This document shows, in pieces, positions 1 to 12,419 of a stretch of 64,000 nt of DNA. The translations under genes and the position numbers were made by a program. The DNA lies in sequence record SRR31156797_1198. The stretch is one strand, 5' to 3'. The notes under the pieces were generated by a model that saw only the letters and a list, made by a program, of their open reading frames with translations, ran no database searches and had not been told where the DNA came from. The stretch's first letter is position 1. Every line of letters begins with the position of its first letter.

Positions 1-14
1 TCTGTCGAGCTGTG

Positions 15-102
15 CGTCAACCACTTTTTTAAATTCTTTTTACGAATTCGTTTAGTCATTTGGCACATGTAATAATATACCAAGACTTGCGCTATTCGTC
101 AA
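15..102 (-). promoter_or_regulatory. Tandem sigma-A promoters firing out of the left window edge
   Basis: Minus strand TTGACG (102-97)-17 nt-TATATT (79-74) with extended TG; second TTGACG at 20-15 whose -10 lies outside the window. Confidence 0.6.
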
Positions 103-347
103 CCATAAAATGATTGATAGACCAACGTTTCTAGTTACTCCGTTTCCAAAGATGATTCGTGATTTTTAGTCCGTGATTTCCGCCTTTTTTAAGGACTTTT
201 TCCGTTATTATTTGCCTATCGTTCGTCTTTTTCCTTTTTGTGTTTTCTTAATTCCTATCATTCTTATAAATTTAAGTATGATTTTATCTATTTTGTGGAA
301 TATTTGCTAAAATGGAGAAAAGAATATTGTTCCTAGGAGGACCCAGT

Positions 348-1037
348 ATGAAAATACTTGTAGCAGATGATGACAAAGAGATCGTAGAACTATTAAGCAT
401 TTATTTACACAATGAAGGTTATGAATCGGTCAAAGCATATGATGGAAAAGAAGCACTGACCAAGATCCGCACCACTTCTGATATCGAACTATTGATCTTA
501 GATATCATGATGCCAGAAATGGATGGCATGCAAGTCGTGAAAGAATTGAGAAAAGAATCCCAAATCCCTATTATTATGCTGACCGCTAAAACAACCGATA
601 TGGATAAGATTCGTGGATTGGTCGCCGGTGCGGATGATTATGTCACAAAACCTTTCAACCCATTAGAAGTTATGGCCCGGGTAAAATCGCTATTGAGAAG
701 AACCAAGATGCAGGCTGCTTCAAATCAACCAGAGATTCTAGAAGTAAGCTCCCTTATTATCAATCGCGATTCCCATGAAGTAAAAACCGTCGATGGCAAC
801 GAAATTCAATTGACTGCATTAGAATTCGGTATCCTCTACTTGCTGGCATCGCATCCGAACCGTGTCTTTAGCGCCGATGAGATTTTTGAACGAGTTTGGA
901 AACAAGAAAGTGTCGTTTCTGCCAAAACAGTTATGGTCCATGTCAGTCACTTACGAGATAAGATCGAAGAAGCCACGGATGGTGAAAAAGTCATCCAAAC
1001 AGTATGGGGGGTCGGCTACAAAATAGATGCGAAGTAA
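348..1037 (+). CDS. croR: OmpR-family response regulator CroR
   Basis: REC (ILVADDD, LDIMMP, KPF) plus winged helix (TVWGVGY); AGGAGG before ATG 348; upstream of kinase and serS as in enterococcal croRS. Confidence 0.88.
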   Translation: MKILVADDDKEIVELLSIYLHNEGYESVKAYDGKEALTKIRTTSDIELLILDIMMPEMDGMQVVKELRKESQIPIIMLTAKTTDMDKIRGLVAGADDYVTKPFNPLEVMARVKSLLRRTKMQAASNQPEILEVSSLIINRDSHEVKTVDGNEIQLTALEFGILYLLASHPNRVFSADEIFERVWKQESVVSAKTVMVHVSHLRDKIEEATDGEKVIQTVWGVGYKIDAK

Positions 1038-2235
1038 ACCAACTGAAAAAAAGCGCAACACACCCATCGAAAAAAAGAAACGGATCACGCTGACCTCAAA
1101 GGAAATCAGTGAGTTATTTGCCGAAGGAATTGTAACGATTGTTCTTTTACTTCTATTAAATATCGCTATTTTGGTCATCTTGACCTCAATCGTTGAAAAT
1201 TCACCAGATTTAGTTGATGCCATCTACGCATCGAAGAATGCTTTCACATCTGCCTTTAATACAGATATCTTCCGCAGTGGACGCAACTTCATTCTACCGA
1301 TGTTCTTCCTATTAGATGTGATCGTCTTATATTGGCGTTTGATTCGTCGCTACCATCAAATGCAGCTACGTCACATCATCAGCGAGCTTCATTTTATTGC
1401 GGAAGGCAATTACGATCATCGCATCCCCTTCGAGTTACGGGGCGATTTAAGTCGGATCGTTTCTAATATCAATGGCTTAGTCGACAGTACGGTGGCGGCG
1501 ATTGAAGATGAACGGCGGATCGAGCAATCCAAAGATGAGCTGATTACCAATGTCAGTCATGACATTCGAACACCGTTGACTTCGATCATCGGCTATTTAG
1601 GTCTAATTGAAGATCGACAATACCATTCAGAAGAAGAATTGCTGAAATATACCCATACGGCGTATGTCAAAGCCAAGCAAATGAAATCCCTTGTCGATGA
1701 TTTGTTTGAATACACAAAAGTGCGCCAGCCTAGCGTCCCAATCAATGTGATGGAATTTGACATGGCCCAGCTAGTGGAACAATTGGCGGCGGACTTTGAA
1801 TTAGAAGCTAGTCGGAAAGGCATCAAGATTGAAACATATACCCGTCCGGAACACATCGAGATGGATGGCGATACCGAAAAACTGGTGCGGGTCTTCAATA
1901 ACTTGCTTTCGAATGCCTTGAAATACGGCAAAGGCGCCGATAAGATCCGCATGGAAGTCGAGAAAGTCGGGACCGAAGCGATCTTAACAGTCAAAAACAA
2001 TGGGCAAATGATCCCTAAGCAAGCCCTTGATTCTCTATTCGACCGTTTCTACCGAGTGGAAGAATCCCGCTCTCAAGAAACAGGAGGAACTGGCTTAGGT
2101 CTAGCGATCGCTCAAAGCATCGTCGCCTTACATGGCGGCTATATCTATGCCAAGTCAACGCCGGAATGGACGTCCTTTATTATCCATCTCCCGTTGAAAC
2201 GCAACAACTTATCCAACACACAAACCTATGGTTGA
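1027..2235 (+). CDS. croS: Sensor histidine kinase CroS
   Basis: Two TM segments, HAMP, H-box SHDIRTPLT, N/G boxes NLLSNALKY and GGTGLGL. Confidence 0.88.
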   Translation: MRSKPTEKKRNTPIEKKKRITLTSKEISELFAEGIVTIVLLLLLNIAILVILTSIVENSPDLVDAIYASKNAFTSAFNTDIFRSGRNFILPMFFLLDVIVLYWRLIRRYHQMQLRHIISELHFIAEGNYDHRIPFELRGDLSRIVSNINGLVDSTVAAIEDERRIEQSKDELITNVSHDIRTPLTSIIGYLGLIEDRQYHSEEELLKYTHTAYVKAKQMKSLVDDLFEYTKVRQPSVPINVMEFDMAQLVEQLAADFELEASRKGIKIETYTRPEHIEMDGDTEKLVRVFNNLLSNALKYGKGADKIRMEVEKVGTEAILTVKNNGQMIPKQALDSLFDRFYRVEESRSQETGGTGLGLAIAQSIVALHGGYIYAKSTPEWTSFIIHLPLKRNNLSNTQTYG

Positions 2236-2274
2236 CGACCCAACATTTTTTGGGTATGCTAGAGAAAATAATCA

Positions 2275-2494
2275 AGGCACAGAACCTAGTATATTTTTTT
2301 CATCTGTATAGAGAGCTGATGGTTGGTGAAAATCAGTGTTGGAAAAAATAGAATCCAGTTCTTTAACGTGTATTTTTCGAAAGAAAAATCGTTGGCTCAC
2401 GATACGAGCAGCAAGGGCAGCGCAAGCTGAACTTGGGTGGCACCGCGAATGGTCATTTCGTCCCAAGCAATACGGGATTGGAATGGCCTTTTTT
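2275..2494 (+). promoter_or_regulatory. T-box riboswitch (Ser) leader of serS
   Basis: Stem I AGAGAGCTGATGGTTGGTGAAAATCAG; specifier TCC (2354-2356); T-box AACTTGGGTGGCACCGCG (2430-2447); terminator hairpin plus T-run. Confidence 0.92.
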
Positions 2495-2525
2495 CTATGG
2501 AAAAATCAAAGGAGGATGTATCACT

Positions 2526-3803
2526 ATGTTAGATGTAAAAATGATTCGCCAAAATTTTGCTGAAGTACAAAGCAAACTCGCAACACGAGGTGTCCAAAAA
2601 GAAGTGTTGGACCGCTTTTTAACACTTGATGAGCGTCGCCGAGAACTCTTAGTCCAAACGGAAGAGCGCAAGAAATTGCGTAATGAGGTTTCTGGTGAGA
2701 TCGCCGCCTTGAAACGGGCGAAAGAAGATGCGGCAGATAAAATTGCCCAAATGAAAGAAGTCGGCAGCCAAATCAAGCAATTGGATGAAGAGATCGCTCA
2801 AATTGATGAAGACATCAAAGAGATCGCCACGACGTTGCCGAACTTGCCCAATGATTCTGTTCCGGTGGGCAAAGATGAAGACGACAATGTAGAAGTCCGC
2901 CGCTGGGCAGACCCAAAAACCTTTGCCTTTGAACCAAAACCCCATTGGGAGATCGCAGAAGACTTGGGGATCCTCGACTTTGAGCGGGGTGCCAAAGTTT
3001 CTGGTAGCCGTTTTGTTTACTACAAAGGCTTAGGTGCTCGTTTGGAACGTGCCTTATACAACTTCATGTTGGATCAGCATGTTTATGAGCATGGGTATAC
3101 GGAGATGATCACCCCGTATATCGTCAATAGCCAAGCAATGTTCGGTACTGGGCAATTTCCGAAGTTCAAAGAAGATGTTTTCCAATTGGCAGACACTGAT
3201 TTGACTTTGATCCCGACTGCGGAAGTACCTTTGACCAACTACTATCAAGGGGAGATCTTAGAACAAGAACAGCTCCCTGCCTACTTCACTGCCTTGAGCC
3301 CATCATTTCGTTCAGAAGCCGGCAGCGCTGGCCGTGACACTCGCGGTTTGATTCGCTTGCACCAATTCAATAAAGTCGAAATGGTGAAATTCAGTGATGC
3401 AGAACATTCTTATGAAGAATTAGAGAAAATGACGGCTAATGCCGAAGATATTTTGCAAAAACTCAATTTGCCTTACCGTGTGCTTAGCTTGTGTACAGGA
3501 GATATGGGCTTTTCTGCAGCGAAGACCTATGATTTAGAAGTATGGATCCCTGCCCAAGAGATGTATCGTGAGATCAGCTCTTGCTCAAACTGTGAAGACT
3601 TCCAAGCACGTCGTGCCATGATCCGTTACCGTGATCAAGAGGGCAAGATTCACTACATGCATACACTAAACGGCTCTGGTTTGGCTGTCGGTCGGACGGT
3701 AGCCGCAGTGCTTGAAAATTATCAAAACGAAGACGGCAGTGTAACGGTACCAGAAGTTCTGGTTCCTTATATGGGCGGACTGACAAAAATTGAAAAAGCC
3801 TAA
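2526..3803 (+). CDS. serS: Serine--tRNA ligase
   Basis: MLDVKMIR start after [45 protein letters not shown]. Confidence 0.97.
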   Translation: MLDVKMIRQNFAEVQSKLATRGVQKEVLDRFLTLDERRRELLVQTEERKKLRNEVSGEIAALKRAKEDAADKIAQMKEVGSQIKQLDEEIAQIDEDIKEIATTLPNLPNDSVPVGKDEDDNVEVRRWADPKTFAFEPKPHWEIAEDLGILDFERGAKVSGSRFVYYKGLGARLERALYNFMLDQHVYEHGYTEMITPYIVNSQAMFGTGQFPKFKEDVFQLADTDLTLIPTAEVPLTNYYQGEILEQEQLPAYFTALSPSFRSEAGSAGRDTRGLIRLHQFNKVEMVKFSDAEHSYEELEKMTANAEDILQKLNLPYRVLSLCTGDMGFSAAKTYDLEVWIPAQEMYREISSCSNCEDFQARRAMIRYRDQEGKIHYMHTLNGSGLAVGRTVAAVLENYQNEDGSVTVPEVLVPYMGGLTKIEKA

Positions 3804-3825
3804 GCCTTAGTAACCTCAGTAGCAC

Positions 3826-3872
3826 CCCCCTAGAGAACAGTCACACCGCGTGAGCTGTTGCCTAGGGGTTTT
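3826..3872 (+). terminator. Intrinsic terminator after serS
   Basis: CCCCTAG..AACAG/CTGTT..CTAGGGG stem followed by T-run. Confidence 0.65.
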
Positions 3873-4091
3873 CTTGTTTACGTAGCCTAGAGTGGTTTCC
3901 ATCCCCCTAACCACTTTGATCACTTCTTGCAAGAGAAACAACGCAACAAGGCTGTAATTTTTAAGCGAATAATTAGAAAAATCCCTTTGTCTTTTTAATC
4001 CTCTATCAGAAACCGGGCATGATCGTTGAAAGTGCCTGTGACTTATGGTAACGTGGGCATAATTTAGGATGGAATGAAGGGAGCTTCACCA

Positions 4092-5612
4092 ATGCCCGAA
4101 CGAAAGACCTATGCCCGTCGGAGTGACTTGCACAAGAAACCAAACAATAATCAAAAACGAACAGCATCAGCTGAAGAAAGACCGAAAGGACCACCCTCGA
4201 GAAAGAAGCCGTATCGGAAAGCAATTTTTTCCTTATTTGCCTTATTATTGATCGTTTTGATCGCAACGGCTGGCTCGGTTCTTTACACCTTGCACCAACA
4301 AGAAGTTGCGGCCAAAGCAAAATATGAGGCAGCTGCAGAGAAATTACTGGCATCAATCCAAGCAGAACAAAGCCAAAATGGGTTAAAAACAACGCCTGAA
4401 GTGCTCTCAGAAGGAGCAAACAAAGAACTGATCTACCGCCCGCAAGACCTCGATGCGTTTCCCATCAAAGATATCAAAGACCGGTTGACAAAAGCCGCTG
4501 AGTCATTGCGCAAAAAACAAACGGAAAAAGAAGTCGTCACCGTTGCCCGTATCCAAGCACAAACGGTAGCTACAAAAGTCTCTACCTATTCATTAAAAGC
4601 CGACAGCTATGTATGGAATCGAGAAACCGGTCGTTTTGAAGATGCTGATCGTTTAACAGATGCACCGATCTTCGTATCAGAGAAGACGCAAACCGAATTG
4701 TCTTTGAAAGAACTTGTTCCTGATGAAGGCAGCTTATTAGGTATTCAACAAGTCATTCAACAGAAACTGCTGGATCAAGCCAAGGAACCCGCAAAAATCA
4801 TCGACGCCGTCTTGGCCATGGAGCGGATCACCTTCGATTCGAAATTTACTTATGATCCGGAAAAGCTGACCATCGAATTGCCAAAAAATCAGACGGAAGC
4901 GACAGAAATCACCCTGTCTTACAGCGAGATCGCCCCATTCATTGATCCTGATCTCGTGGCTGCTGACCAACTCAACAATGCCTTGCCAAGTCTTGACCCC
5001 AATAAAAAATACGTGGCATTGACCTTTGATGATGGACCCAACAGTACCTCCACTATGGATCTTTTGAACATCTTACAAGAAAATGACGTCAAAGCGACCT
5101 TCTTTATGCTGGGACAAATGGTTGAGCAATATCCACAAGCTGCCAAAAAAGTCCAAGAAGCCGGGCACGAGATCGCCAGTCATTCATACTCTCATCCGCA
5201 GCTGAATACTCTTTCAGCGGAAGATTTGCAGGCAGAAGTTACGAAAACCAATAAAGCCATTTACCATGCGACGGGTTTACTACCTAGGAATTTACGGCCC
5301 CCTTATGGCGCTATCGACAAACAAAGCGCAGAAACCATCGGCATGCCGATCATTCAATGGGACATCGATTCTCAAGACTGGAAATTGAAGGATCCGAAGA
5401 AAATCAATGCCTTGGTTCAACAAAATGTCTTTAATGGTGCCATGATCTTGATCCATGATATTCACCCGAAATCTGTGAAAGCCGTACCGGGAGTCATTAA
5501 AACACTCAAAAACGAAGGCTACGAATTCGTGACCGTCGATCAATTATTAGAAGCACGGCAAAAACCGTTGCATCAATACTTTGGGATGAACGATGAACGC
5601 CTCGTTGATTAA
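4092..5612 (+). CDS. Membrane-anchored polysaccharide/peptidoglycan deacetylase (PgdA-like, CE4)
   Basis: Basic N-terminus and one TM; C-terminal NodB motifs TFDDGP, HSYSHP, RPPYG, DSQDW, LIHD; start may be 4074. Confidence 0.88.
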   Translation: MPERKTYARRSDLHKKPNNNQKRTASAEERPKGPPSRKKPYRKAIFSLFALLLIVLIATAGSVLYTLHQQEVAAKAKYEAAAEKLLASIQAEQSQNGLKTTPEVLSEGANKELIYRPQDLDAFPIKDIKDRLTKAAESLRKKQTEKEVVTVARIQAQTVATKVSTYSLKADSYVWNRETGRFEDADRLTDAPIFVSEKTQTELSLKELVPDEGSLLGIQQVIQQKLLDQAKEPAKIIDAVLAMERITFDSKFTYDPEKLTIELPKNQTEATEITLSYSEIAPFIDPDLVAADQLNNALPSLDPNKKYVALTFDDGPNSTSTMDLLNILQENDVKATFFMLGQMVEQYPQAAKKVQEAGHEIASHSYSHPQLNTLSAEDLQAEVTKTNKAIYHATGLLPRNLRPPYGAIDKQSAETIGMPIIQWDIDSQDWKLKDPKKINALVQQNVFNGAMILIHDIHPKSVKAVPGVIKTLKNEGYEFVTVDQLLEARQKPLHQYFGMNDERLVD

Positions 5613-5615
5613 GAG

Positions 5616-5658
5616 AAAAAGGAACGCAGCAAATTGTCTCTTGCTGCGTTCCTTTTTA
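5616..5658. terminator. Bidirectional terminator
   Basis: AAAAAGGAACGCAGCAA/TTGCTGCGTTCCTTTTT between convergent genes. Confidence 0.8.
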
Positions 5659-5681
5659 GTTATTGGATCATTCCCTCTTTT

Positions 5682-6242
5682 TTAGCCCTTCTTTTCTTCA
5701 TACACATTAGTCACAAAAATTTGAATCAATAGATCAGCGACAGCTTTTGGCGGCATCGTTGAAAAATCTTTGAGCCAGCGTTCGATCAAACCGATAGACC
5801 CGCAGACAAAAAAGCTAAGGCACAGTTCCAATTCTTCCTCGGAAGCATCTTGAAAGTATTGGGCAAATCGTTTCAAGGTCTCCGGTTTGATTTCTGACAA
5901 CAAAAGATTCAGCAAATGGCTGTTGTTCAACAAAATCAAATGGGTGGTACTAGGATTCTCATACAAAATCGTCAATAGTTTTTCCAGCCAAAGATCCAAT
6001 GACAAATTTTCCTGCTGCAAGTTCGATGCGATCTGCTCAACGAGCTCCCCTTCGATCTCCTCCAACAAAGCGGCTGTGTCCTTATAATATTTATAAAATG
6101 TTCCCCGATTGATATCTGCTCGTTCCGCAATCTCTTTGATCGTGATTTTGCGATACTCTTTTTCCAACAATAACTCCTGAAAGGCGCGCCGGATCACTTT
6201 TTTCGAGTAGATCGTTCGACGGTTCCCGACAGTCCCTACCAT
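5682..6242 (-). CDS. TetR/AcrR family regulator
   Basis: N-terminal HTH ITIKEIAERADINRGTFYKYY; divergent from the ABC exporter. Confidence 0.88.
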   Translation of the reverse strand: MVGTVGNRRTIYSKKVIRRAFQELLLEKEYRKITIKEIAERADINRGTFYKYYKDTAALLEEIEGELVEQIASNLQQENLSLDLWLEKLLTILYENPSTTHLILLNNSHLLNLLLSEIKPETLKRFAQYFQDASEEELELCLSFFVCGSIGLIERWLKDFSTMPPKAVADLLIQIFVTNVYEEKKG

Positions 6243-6314
6243 ATCGTTTCCCCTTTTCTCTGTACATTTAATCAATATTTGTCTATTTAATGACAAATAA
6301 GCAAGCATTGAGGA

Positions 6315-6343
6315 TTGCTCTTACTTTTCTTTCTTAGTATACT
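6315..6343 (+). promoter_or_regulatory. Sigma-A promoter of ABC operon
   Basis: TTGCTC-17 nt-TATACT. Confidence 0.55.
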
Positions 6344-6393
6344 AACACCATGTGATTAAATCAACACGTGTTTAAAAAATGGAGGCTTTATTA

Positions 6394-7095
6394 ATGAGTT
6401 ATGTTGAAGTAAAGAATGAATATAAACGCTATCAGATGGGCGAAACCACTATCACTGCCAACAATGATCTTTCCTTTGCCATTGAAGAAGGCGAATTAGT
6501 GGTGATTCTTGGACCTAGTGGTGCCGGAAAATCGACCGTTTTGAATATCTTAGGCGGGATGGACTCGCCAGATGAAGGAGAAATCATTATCGACAATGTC
6601 GATATCGCGAAGTTTAACGACAAACAATTAACAGAATACCGCCGTACAGACGTTGGGTTTGTCTTCCAGTTTTATAATTTGGTCCCAAATCTGACAGCAA
6701 AAGAAAACATTGAATTGGCTACTGAAGTCTCCCCGAATGCACTCGATCCTGATGAAGTCTTGGCCCAAGTCGGGTTAGAAAACCGCAAAAACAACTTTCC
6801 TTCTCAGCTTTCTGGTGGGGAACAGCAGCGGGTATCGATCGCTCGGGCGTTAGCCAAAAACCCGAAACTGCTGCTATGCGATGAACCGACTGGTGCTTTG
6901 GACTTTGAAACAGGAAAACAAGTGTTGAAGCTTTTGCAAAACGCTAGCCGGAAAAATGGCAATACGGTGTTGATCATCACCCATAATAGCGCCATTGCCC
7001 CGATCGCCGATCGGGTGATCCATATCAACGATGCCACTGTCCGTTCCATTGAAGAGAATCCTCATCCCATCTCGATCGATGAAATCGTTTGGTAG
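6394..7095 (+). CDS. ABC transporter ATP-binding protein (LolD/MacB type)
   Basis: [30 protein letters not shown] before ATG 6394. Confidence 0.93.
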   Translation: MSYVEVKNEYKRYQMGETTITANNDLSFAIEEGELVVILGPSGAGKSTVLNILGGMDSPDEGEIIIDNVDIAKFNDKQLTEYRRTDVGFVFQFYNLVPNLTAKENIELATEVSPNALDPDEVLAQVGLENRKNNFPSQLSGGEQQRVSIARALAKNPKLLLCDEPTGALDFETGKQVLKLLQNASRKNGNTVLIITHNSAIAPIADRVIHINDATVRSIEENPHPISIDEIVW

Positions 7096-7104
7096 GAGGA
7101 TCTG

Positions 7105-9810
7105 ATGAAAAATAAGACCTATCTTAAAGCAAGTTTGCGAGAGATTCGCCAATCAAAAGGCCGCTTTATCGCAATCACCTTGATCATTTTTTTAGGAACG
7201 TTTCTCTTTGTCGGTGTCAAAGCAACCGGCCCGATCCTGAACCATTCCGCGAGTGAATATGTCAACGGCCAGCAATTAGCAGATCTGCAAGTCACTTCAA
7301 CACTGGGATTGACAGAGGAAGACATTGATGCCGCGGAAAAAAGCGGTGCTCACACAGAAGCCGCCTATCAATTTTATTACGCTGCCAATTCAGATGAAGT
7401 CGTGCAAGTGACCTCCTATGACCCCTCACAGGAACTCAACCAGTTACTGGTGAAGGACGGCCGACTGCCAGAAAAAGCCGATGAAATCGTGCTGGACACC
7501 GAAGCAAAAAATTATGGCTGGCAAATAGGTGATACTTTTACGATCGATGATGCCGATAATCTGTCGGACAAAGAGTATACGATCGTTGGGTTTGCCACTT
7601 CTCCCATTTATATCAGTGCTGCCGAACGGGGCTATGCAAATGTCGGCAGCGGTGTCGTGACGTACTTTGCTTATGTACCGGAAGAACAGTTCACGATGGA
7701 GGTCAAATCGATCCTCTATCTCGCCTTTGATGATGTCGCCGGGCTTGAAACATACTCCGATACGTACACCGACAAGATGGCAGCCCATCAAGAAACGATT
7801 GAGGAACTGTTTGCGGACCGTCCTAAGGAACGCTTAGCAGAAATTCAACAAGACGCTTTTGATGAATTAGCCCCTGCAGAAAAAGAAGTCCGCGATGGAC
7901 AAAAACAGTTAGCTGATGGACAAGCCCAACTGGATCAGGCCAAAGCGGAACTAGAACAACAGCAAGCCGCCTTGGCACAGCTGCCGCCCGTACAACAAGC
8001 AGCCCTCGAAGGCCAATTGGCGGCTGGAGAAGCAGAATTGACACAGCAGCAAGACCAATTAGATGAACAGCAACAAGAACTAACCGATGCCCAACAAACA
8101 CTGGCAGAAAAACGGGCAGAGATCGAAGACTTGGCAGAGCCGACGTATCTTTACAACCAACGCAAAGACAATCCCGGTTTCCAAGAATATGGTGGGCTGT
8201 CTGATCGTATCGCAGCGATCGCCAATGTGTTTCCTGTCTTCTTCTTCTTTATCGCTGCGTTGATCACCTTTACGACACTGACGCGGATGGTAGAAGAAAA
8301 CCGCAAAGAGATCGGTACCTTAAAAGCGATGGGCTATGGCAAAGTCGAGATCTCCCTTAAATATTTGATTTATGCCCTCCTTTCTTCGGCCATTGGCATT
8401 ATTAGTGGTGCCGTATTAGGAACCGAACTGTTGCCGCGTTTGATCTATTTCCTATCCAGCGAACGGTATCTTTTAGACGGGATTCGCGTCTATTATGTCT
8501 GGTCGCCAATTATTTTGGCCGCAATCGCCTTTTTACTGGCGACGCTTGGTGCCTGTCTGTTTGTTCTGATCAAAGAATTGCGGGAAAAACCTGCCCAGCT
8601 GCTGCAAGTTCGCGCACCAAAGCCCGGGAAACGGATTTTATTAGAAGCAATTACCCCCTTATGGTCCCGTTTAAGCTTCAATCAAAAAGTCAGCTTCCGT
8701 AACATCTTCCGCTACAAATCGCGAATGATCATGGCAATCATTGGCATCGCCGGTTGTACGGGACTGATGGTGGCAGGCGTTGGGTTGAAAGATTCTCTAA
8801 GTGCCGTGACTGCAAAACAATTTGGGCCCATTACGGATTATCAAGCCGTCGTGACCTTAAATGATGCGAAGGAAGAAACCGTTGCTGCCGCTGAAACGGT
8901 TTTAACAGACGAGCCTCTTGTGACCCATTCGATGCTAGTCTACAATGAAACGATCGAGATTCGACCGACTAACCAAGGAAAACAAAGTCTGACCTTGATG
9001 GTTCCGGCAGATCAGGATGCTTTTGCAGACTATGTCCATTTGAAAACGACGGCAGGACAGAAGCTGTCATTAACAGAGGGTGCCGTGCTGACTATGAAGT
9101 ACGCAGAATTATATGATTTGCACGTTGGCGATACATTGACCTTCTATACCAGCGATCAAGAAGCCTATGAAGTACCTATTAGTGGCATCGCAGAAAATTA
9201 TTTAGGCAATTCTCTTTATCTGTCGCCGACCGTTTATGAAGAAATCACCAATAGTACCTTTGAACCAAATGCGTTCTTAGTCAAAAGCAAGACGATGACG
9301 AAAAAACAAGAGGAAGCTTTATCAACAGCCTTGTTAGATACCGACAAAGTCAAAAACACGACGTTCCTTTCCACTCAGATCAAAATGCAGGATGATTCGA
9401 TGGGTAACTTGAACGCCATTGTCTTGATCTTAGTTGTATTATCAGGGGCATTAGCCTTTGTCGTCTTGTATAACTTGACCAACATCAATGTTTCCGAGCG
9501 GATTCGCGAGCTTTCTACTATCAAAGTATTAGGGTTTTACAATAAGGAAGTGACTATGTACATCGTACGAGAAAATATCGTCTTTACGTTATTTGGGATT
9601 CTCGCAGGTTACGTGGTAGGTTACTTCTTGACTGACTTTATTTTGATCCAAGCTTCGATGGAGAACATGGTCTTTCCATTAGTGATCAATTGGCCGGCTT
9701 ATGCTTTGGCCGGTGGCATGACGATTCTCTTTACGATCATCGTGATGTACGTCACCCATGTGAAACTGACTCATGTCAATATGATCGATGCGTTGAAATC
9801 AAACGAATAA
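7105..9810 (+). CDS. FtsX-like ABC permease with internal coiled coil
   Basis: Two FtsX-type TM blocks (RKEIGTLKAMG, RELSTIKVLG) and a Q/A-rich coiled coil. Confidence 0.88.
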   Translation: MKNKTYLKASLREIRQSKGRFIAITLIIFLGTFLFVGVKATGPILNHSASEYVNGQQLADLQVTSTLGLTEEDIDAAEKSGAHTEAAYQFYYAANSDEVVQVTSYDPSQELNQLLVKDGRLPEKADEIVLDTEAKNYGWQIGDTFTIDDADNLSDKEYTIVGFATSPIYISAAERGYANVGSGVVTYFAYVPEEQFTMEVKSILYLAFDDVAGLETYSDTYTDKMAAHQETIEELFADRPKERLAEIQQDAFDELAPAEKEVRDGQKQLADGQAQLDQAKAELEQQQAALAQLPPVQQAALEGQLAAGEAELTQQQDQLDEQQQELTDAQQTLAEKRAEIEDLAEPTYLYNQRKDNPGFQEYGGLSDRIAAIANVFPVFFFFIAALITFTTLTRMVEENRKEIGTLKAMGYGKVEISLKYLIYALLSSAIGIISGAVLGTELLPRLIYFLSSERYLLDGIRVYYVWSPIILAAIAFLLATLGACLFVLIKELREKPAQLLQVRAPKPGKRILLEAITPLWSRLSFNQKVSFRNIFRYKSRMIMAIIGIAGCTGLMVAGVGLKDSLSAVTAKQFGPITDYQAVVTLNDAKEETVAAAETVLTDEPLVTHSMLVYNETIEIRPTNQGKQSLTLMVPADQDAFADYVHLKTTAGQKLSLTEGAVLTMKYAELYDLHVGDTLTFYTSDQEAYEVPISGIAENYLGNSLYLSPTVYEEITNSTFEPNAFLVKSKTMTKKQEEALSTALLDTDKVKNTTFLSTQIKMQDDSMGNLNAIVLILVVLSGALAFVVLYNLTNINVSERIRELSTIKVLGFYNKEVTMYIVRENIVFTLFGILAGYVVGYFLTDFILIQASMENMVFPLVINWPAYALAGGMTILFTIIVMYVTHVKLTHVNMIDALKSNE

Positions 9811-9856
9811 GTTACTGCTAAAGCGATTTGCTGATCATCCAGCAGCGATTTTAGAG

Positions 9857-9955
9857 AAAAGGGTGCCGATCTCAGCCATTTTGGCAAGATCGGCACCCTT
9901 TTTTAGAACCAAACGCCCCCTCTGTCCGCTTTTGAACAGAGGGGGCGTTGGTTTT
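9857..9955. terminator. Two adjacent terminators (ABC operon, guaB)
   Basis: AAAAGGGTGCCGATC/GATCGGCACCCTTTT and AACGCCCCCTCTGT/ACAGAGGGGGCGTT. Confidence 0.75.
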
Positions 9956-9966
9956 CACGTGAAACA
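9951..9966. promoter_or_regulatory. parS-like site
   Basis: GTTTTCACGTGAAACA, 14/16 to TGTTTCACGTGAAACA. Confidence 0.65.
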
Positions 9967-9968
9967 TT

Positions 9969-11468
<1,500 letters not shown>

Positions 11469-11655
11469 TTAAAGTTTTTAGGTATTTTAAAAAAAATAGC
11501 AAAGATTTTTTCATAAGTCAACCATTCGGAAAGCTTTCTTAATAATCCTCTTCAAACCTTTGGTCAAATCTCATAATTCGCCATTTTTTCTAAAAAAACA
11601 CGCTGATCGTGCGGTCTTTTTTAACAAAAGAAGGCGCACGATCAACGTGTAGCCA

Positions 11656-12348
11656 TCAGCCTCTAGGAACAGACAGACTGCTGATGATATTGTATTTGCG
11701 TTTCAAGTAGTACTTCGCTGCTAATGCCACTGCCCCGATCAAGGCTTCGATCACAGGGTCCACTTGTGGATTCAATGGTGGTTGGATCATCGCAGAAAGC
11801 GAGATCACAACGATCCATAGCATGAAGGCTGCGACTAAAATCAAAATGATCTTCCACATCTTCGGCCGTTTGCTCTTATCAGCACCCGGGCGTTCATATT
11901 GATACATGTATTTGTACATCAAGTAGAAGACCCAACCAGCAAGCATCGCCATCAAGAAGAGGGTCAATAAGCCATAAGGTTGTGCTTGTCCTCTAGTAAA
12001 GATTCCCATAACCCCTAGCATCAACCCAAAAATCCCTAAAATCAGCAAGGTGTTATCCAACCACATCAAGAAGGGGCCGGATTCTTTTTGCTCAACGGGT
12101 TTGTTGATGATGGCTTCGGTACGTTCAGACACTGTACCAAATAATTGGCGGGCCGTTTTGCCGCCTTTTTGTTCTTTGACTAAGACCGGCAGCATCTCAT
12201 GCAAGGCAATCGTTTTTTCTTCTTCAGAAAGGTTGGCTGCCTCTAGCGATTTTTTTAAATCAAATATATATTGTTGGTTTCGTTTTGTTAATTGTTGTTC
12301 TAATTCACGATTTTCGGAAACATAATTTCGCAGAGTTTCTGGTTCCAT
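11656..12348 (-). CDS. DUF1129-like membrane protein
   Basis: QLTKRNQQY and TARQLFGT motifs, four TM; conserved position after ychF. Confidence 0.75.
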   Translation of the reverse strand: MEPETLRNYVSENRELEQQLTKRNQQYIFDLKKSLEAANLSEEEKTIALHEMLPVLVKEQKGGKTARQLFGTVSERTEAIINKPVEQKESGPFLMWLDNTLLILGIFGLMLGVMGIFTRGQAQPYGLLTLFLMAMLAGWVFYLMYKYMYQYERPGADKSKRPKMWKIILILVAAFMLWIVVISLSAMIQPPLNPQVDPVIEALIGAVALAAKYYLKRKYNIISSLSVPRG

Positions 12349-12419
12349 GAATTGATTCTCCCTTCTGCGTTTTCTTCACAATGGACATTTTACCACAAAT
12401 TCACTGGGAAGAAAGCCCT

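Noticed and set aside
41-48. cin-box-like TACGAATT
   Set aside because: One mismatch in AT-rich DNA with no competence gene downstream; none seen before dut-radA
7880-8130. Quasi-periodic CAA/CAG-rich DNA
   Set aside because: Encodes the permease coiled coil; not a repeat array
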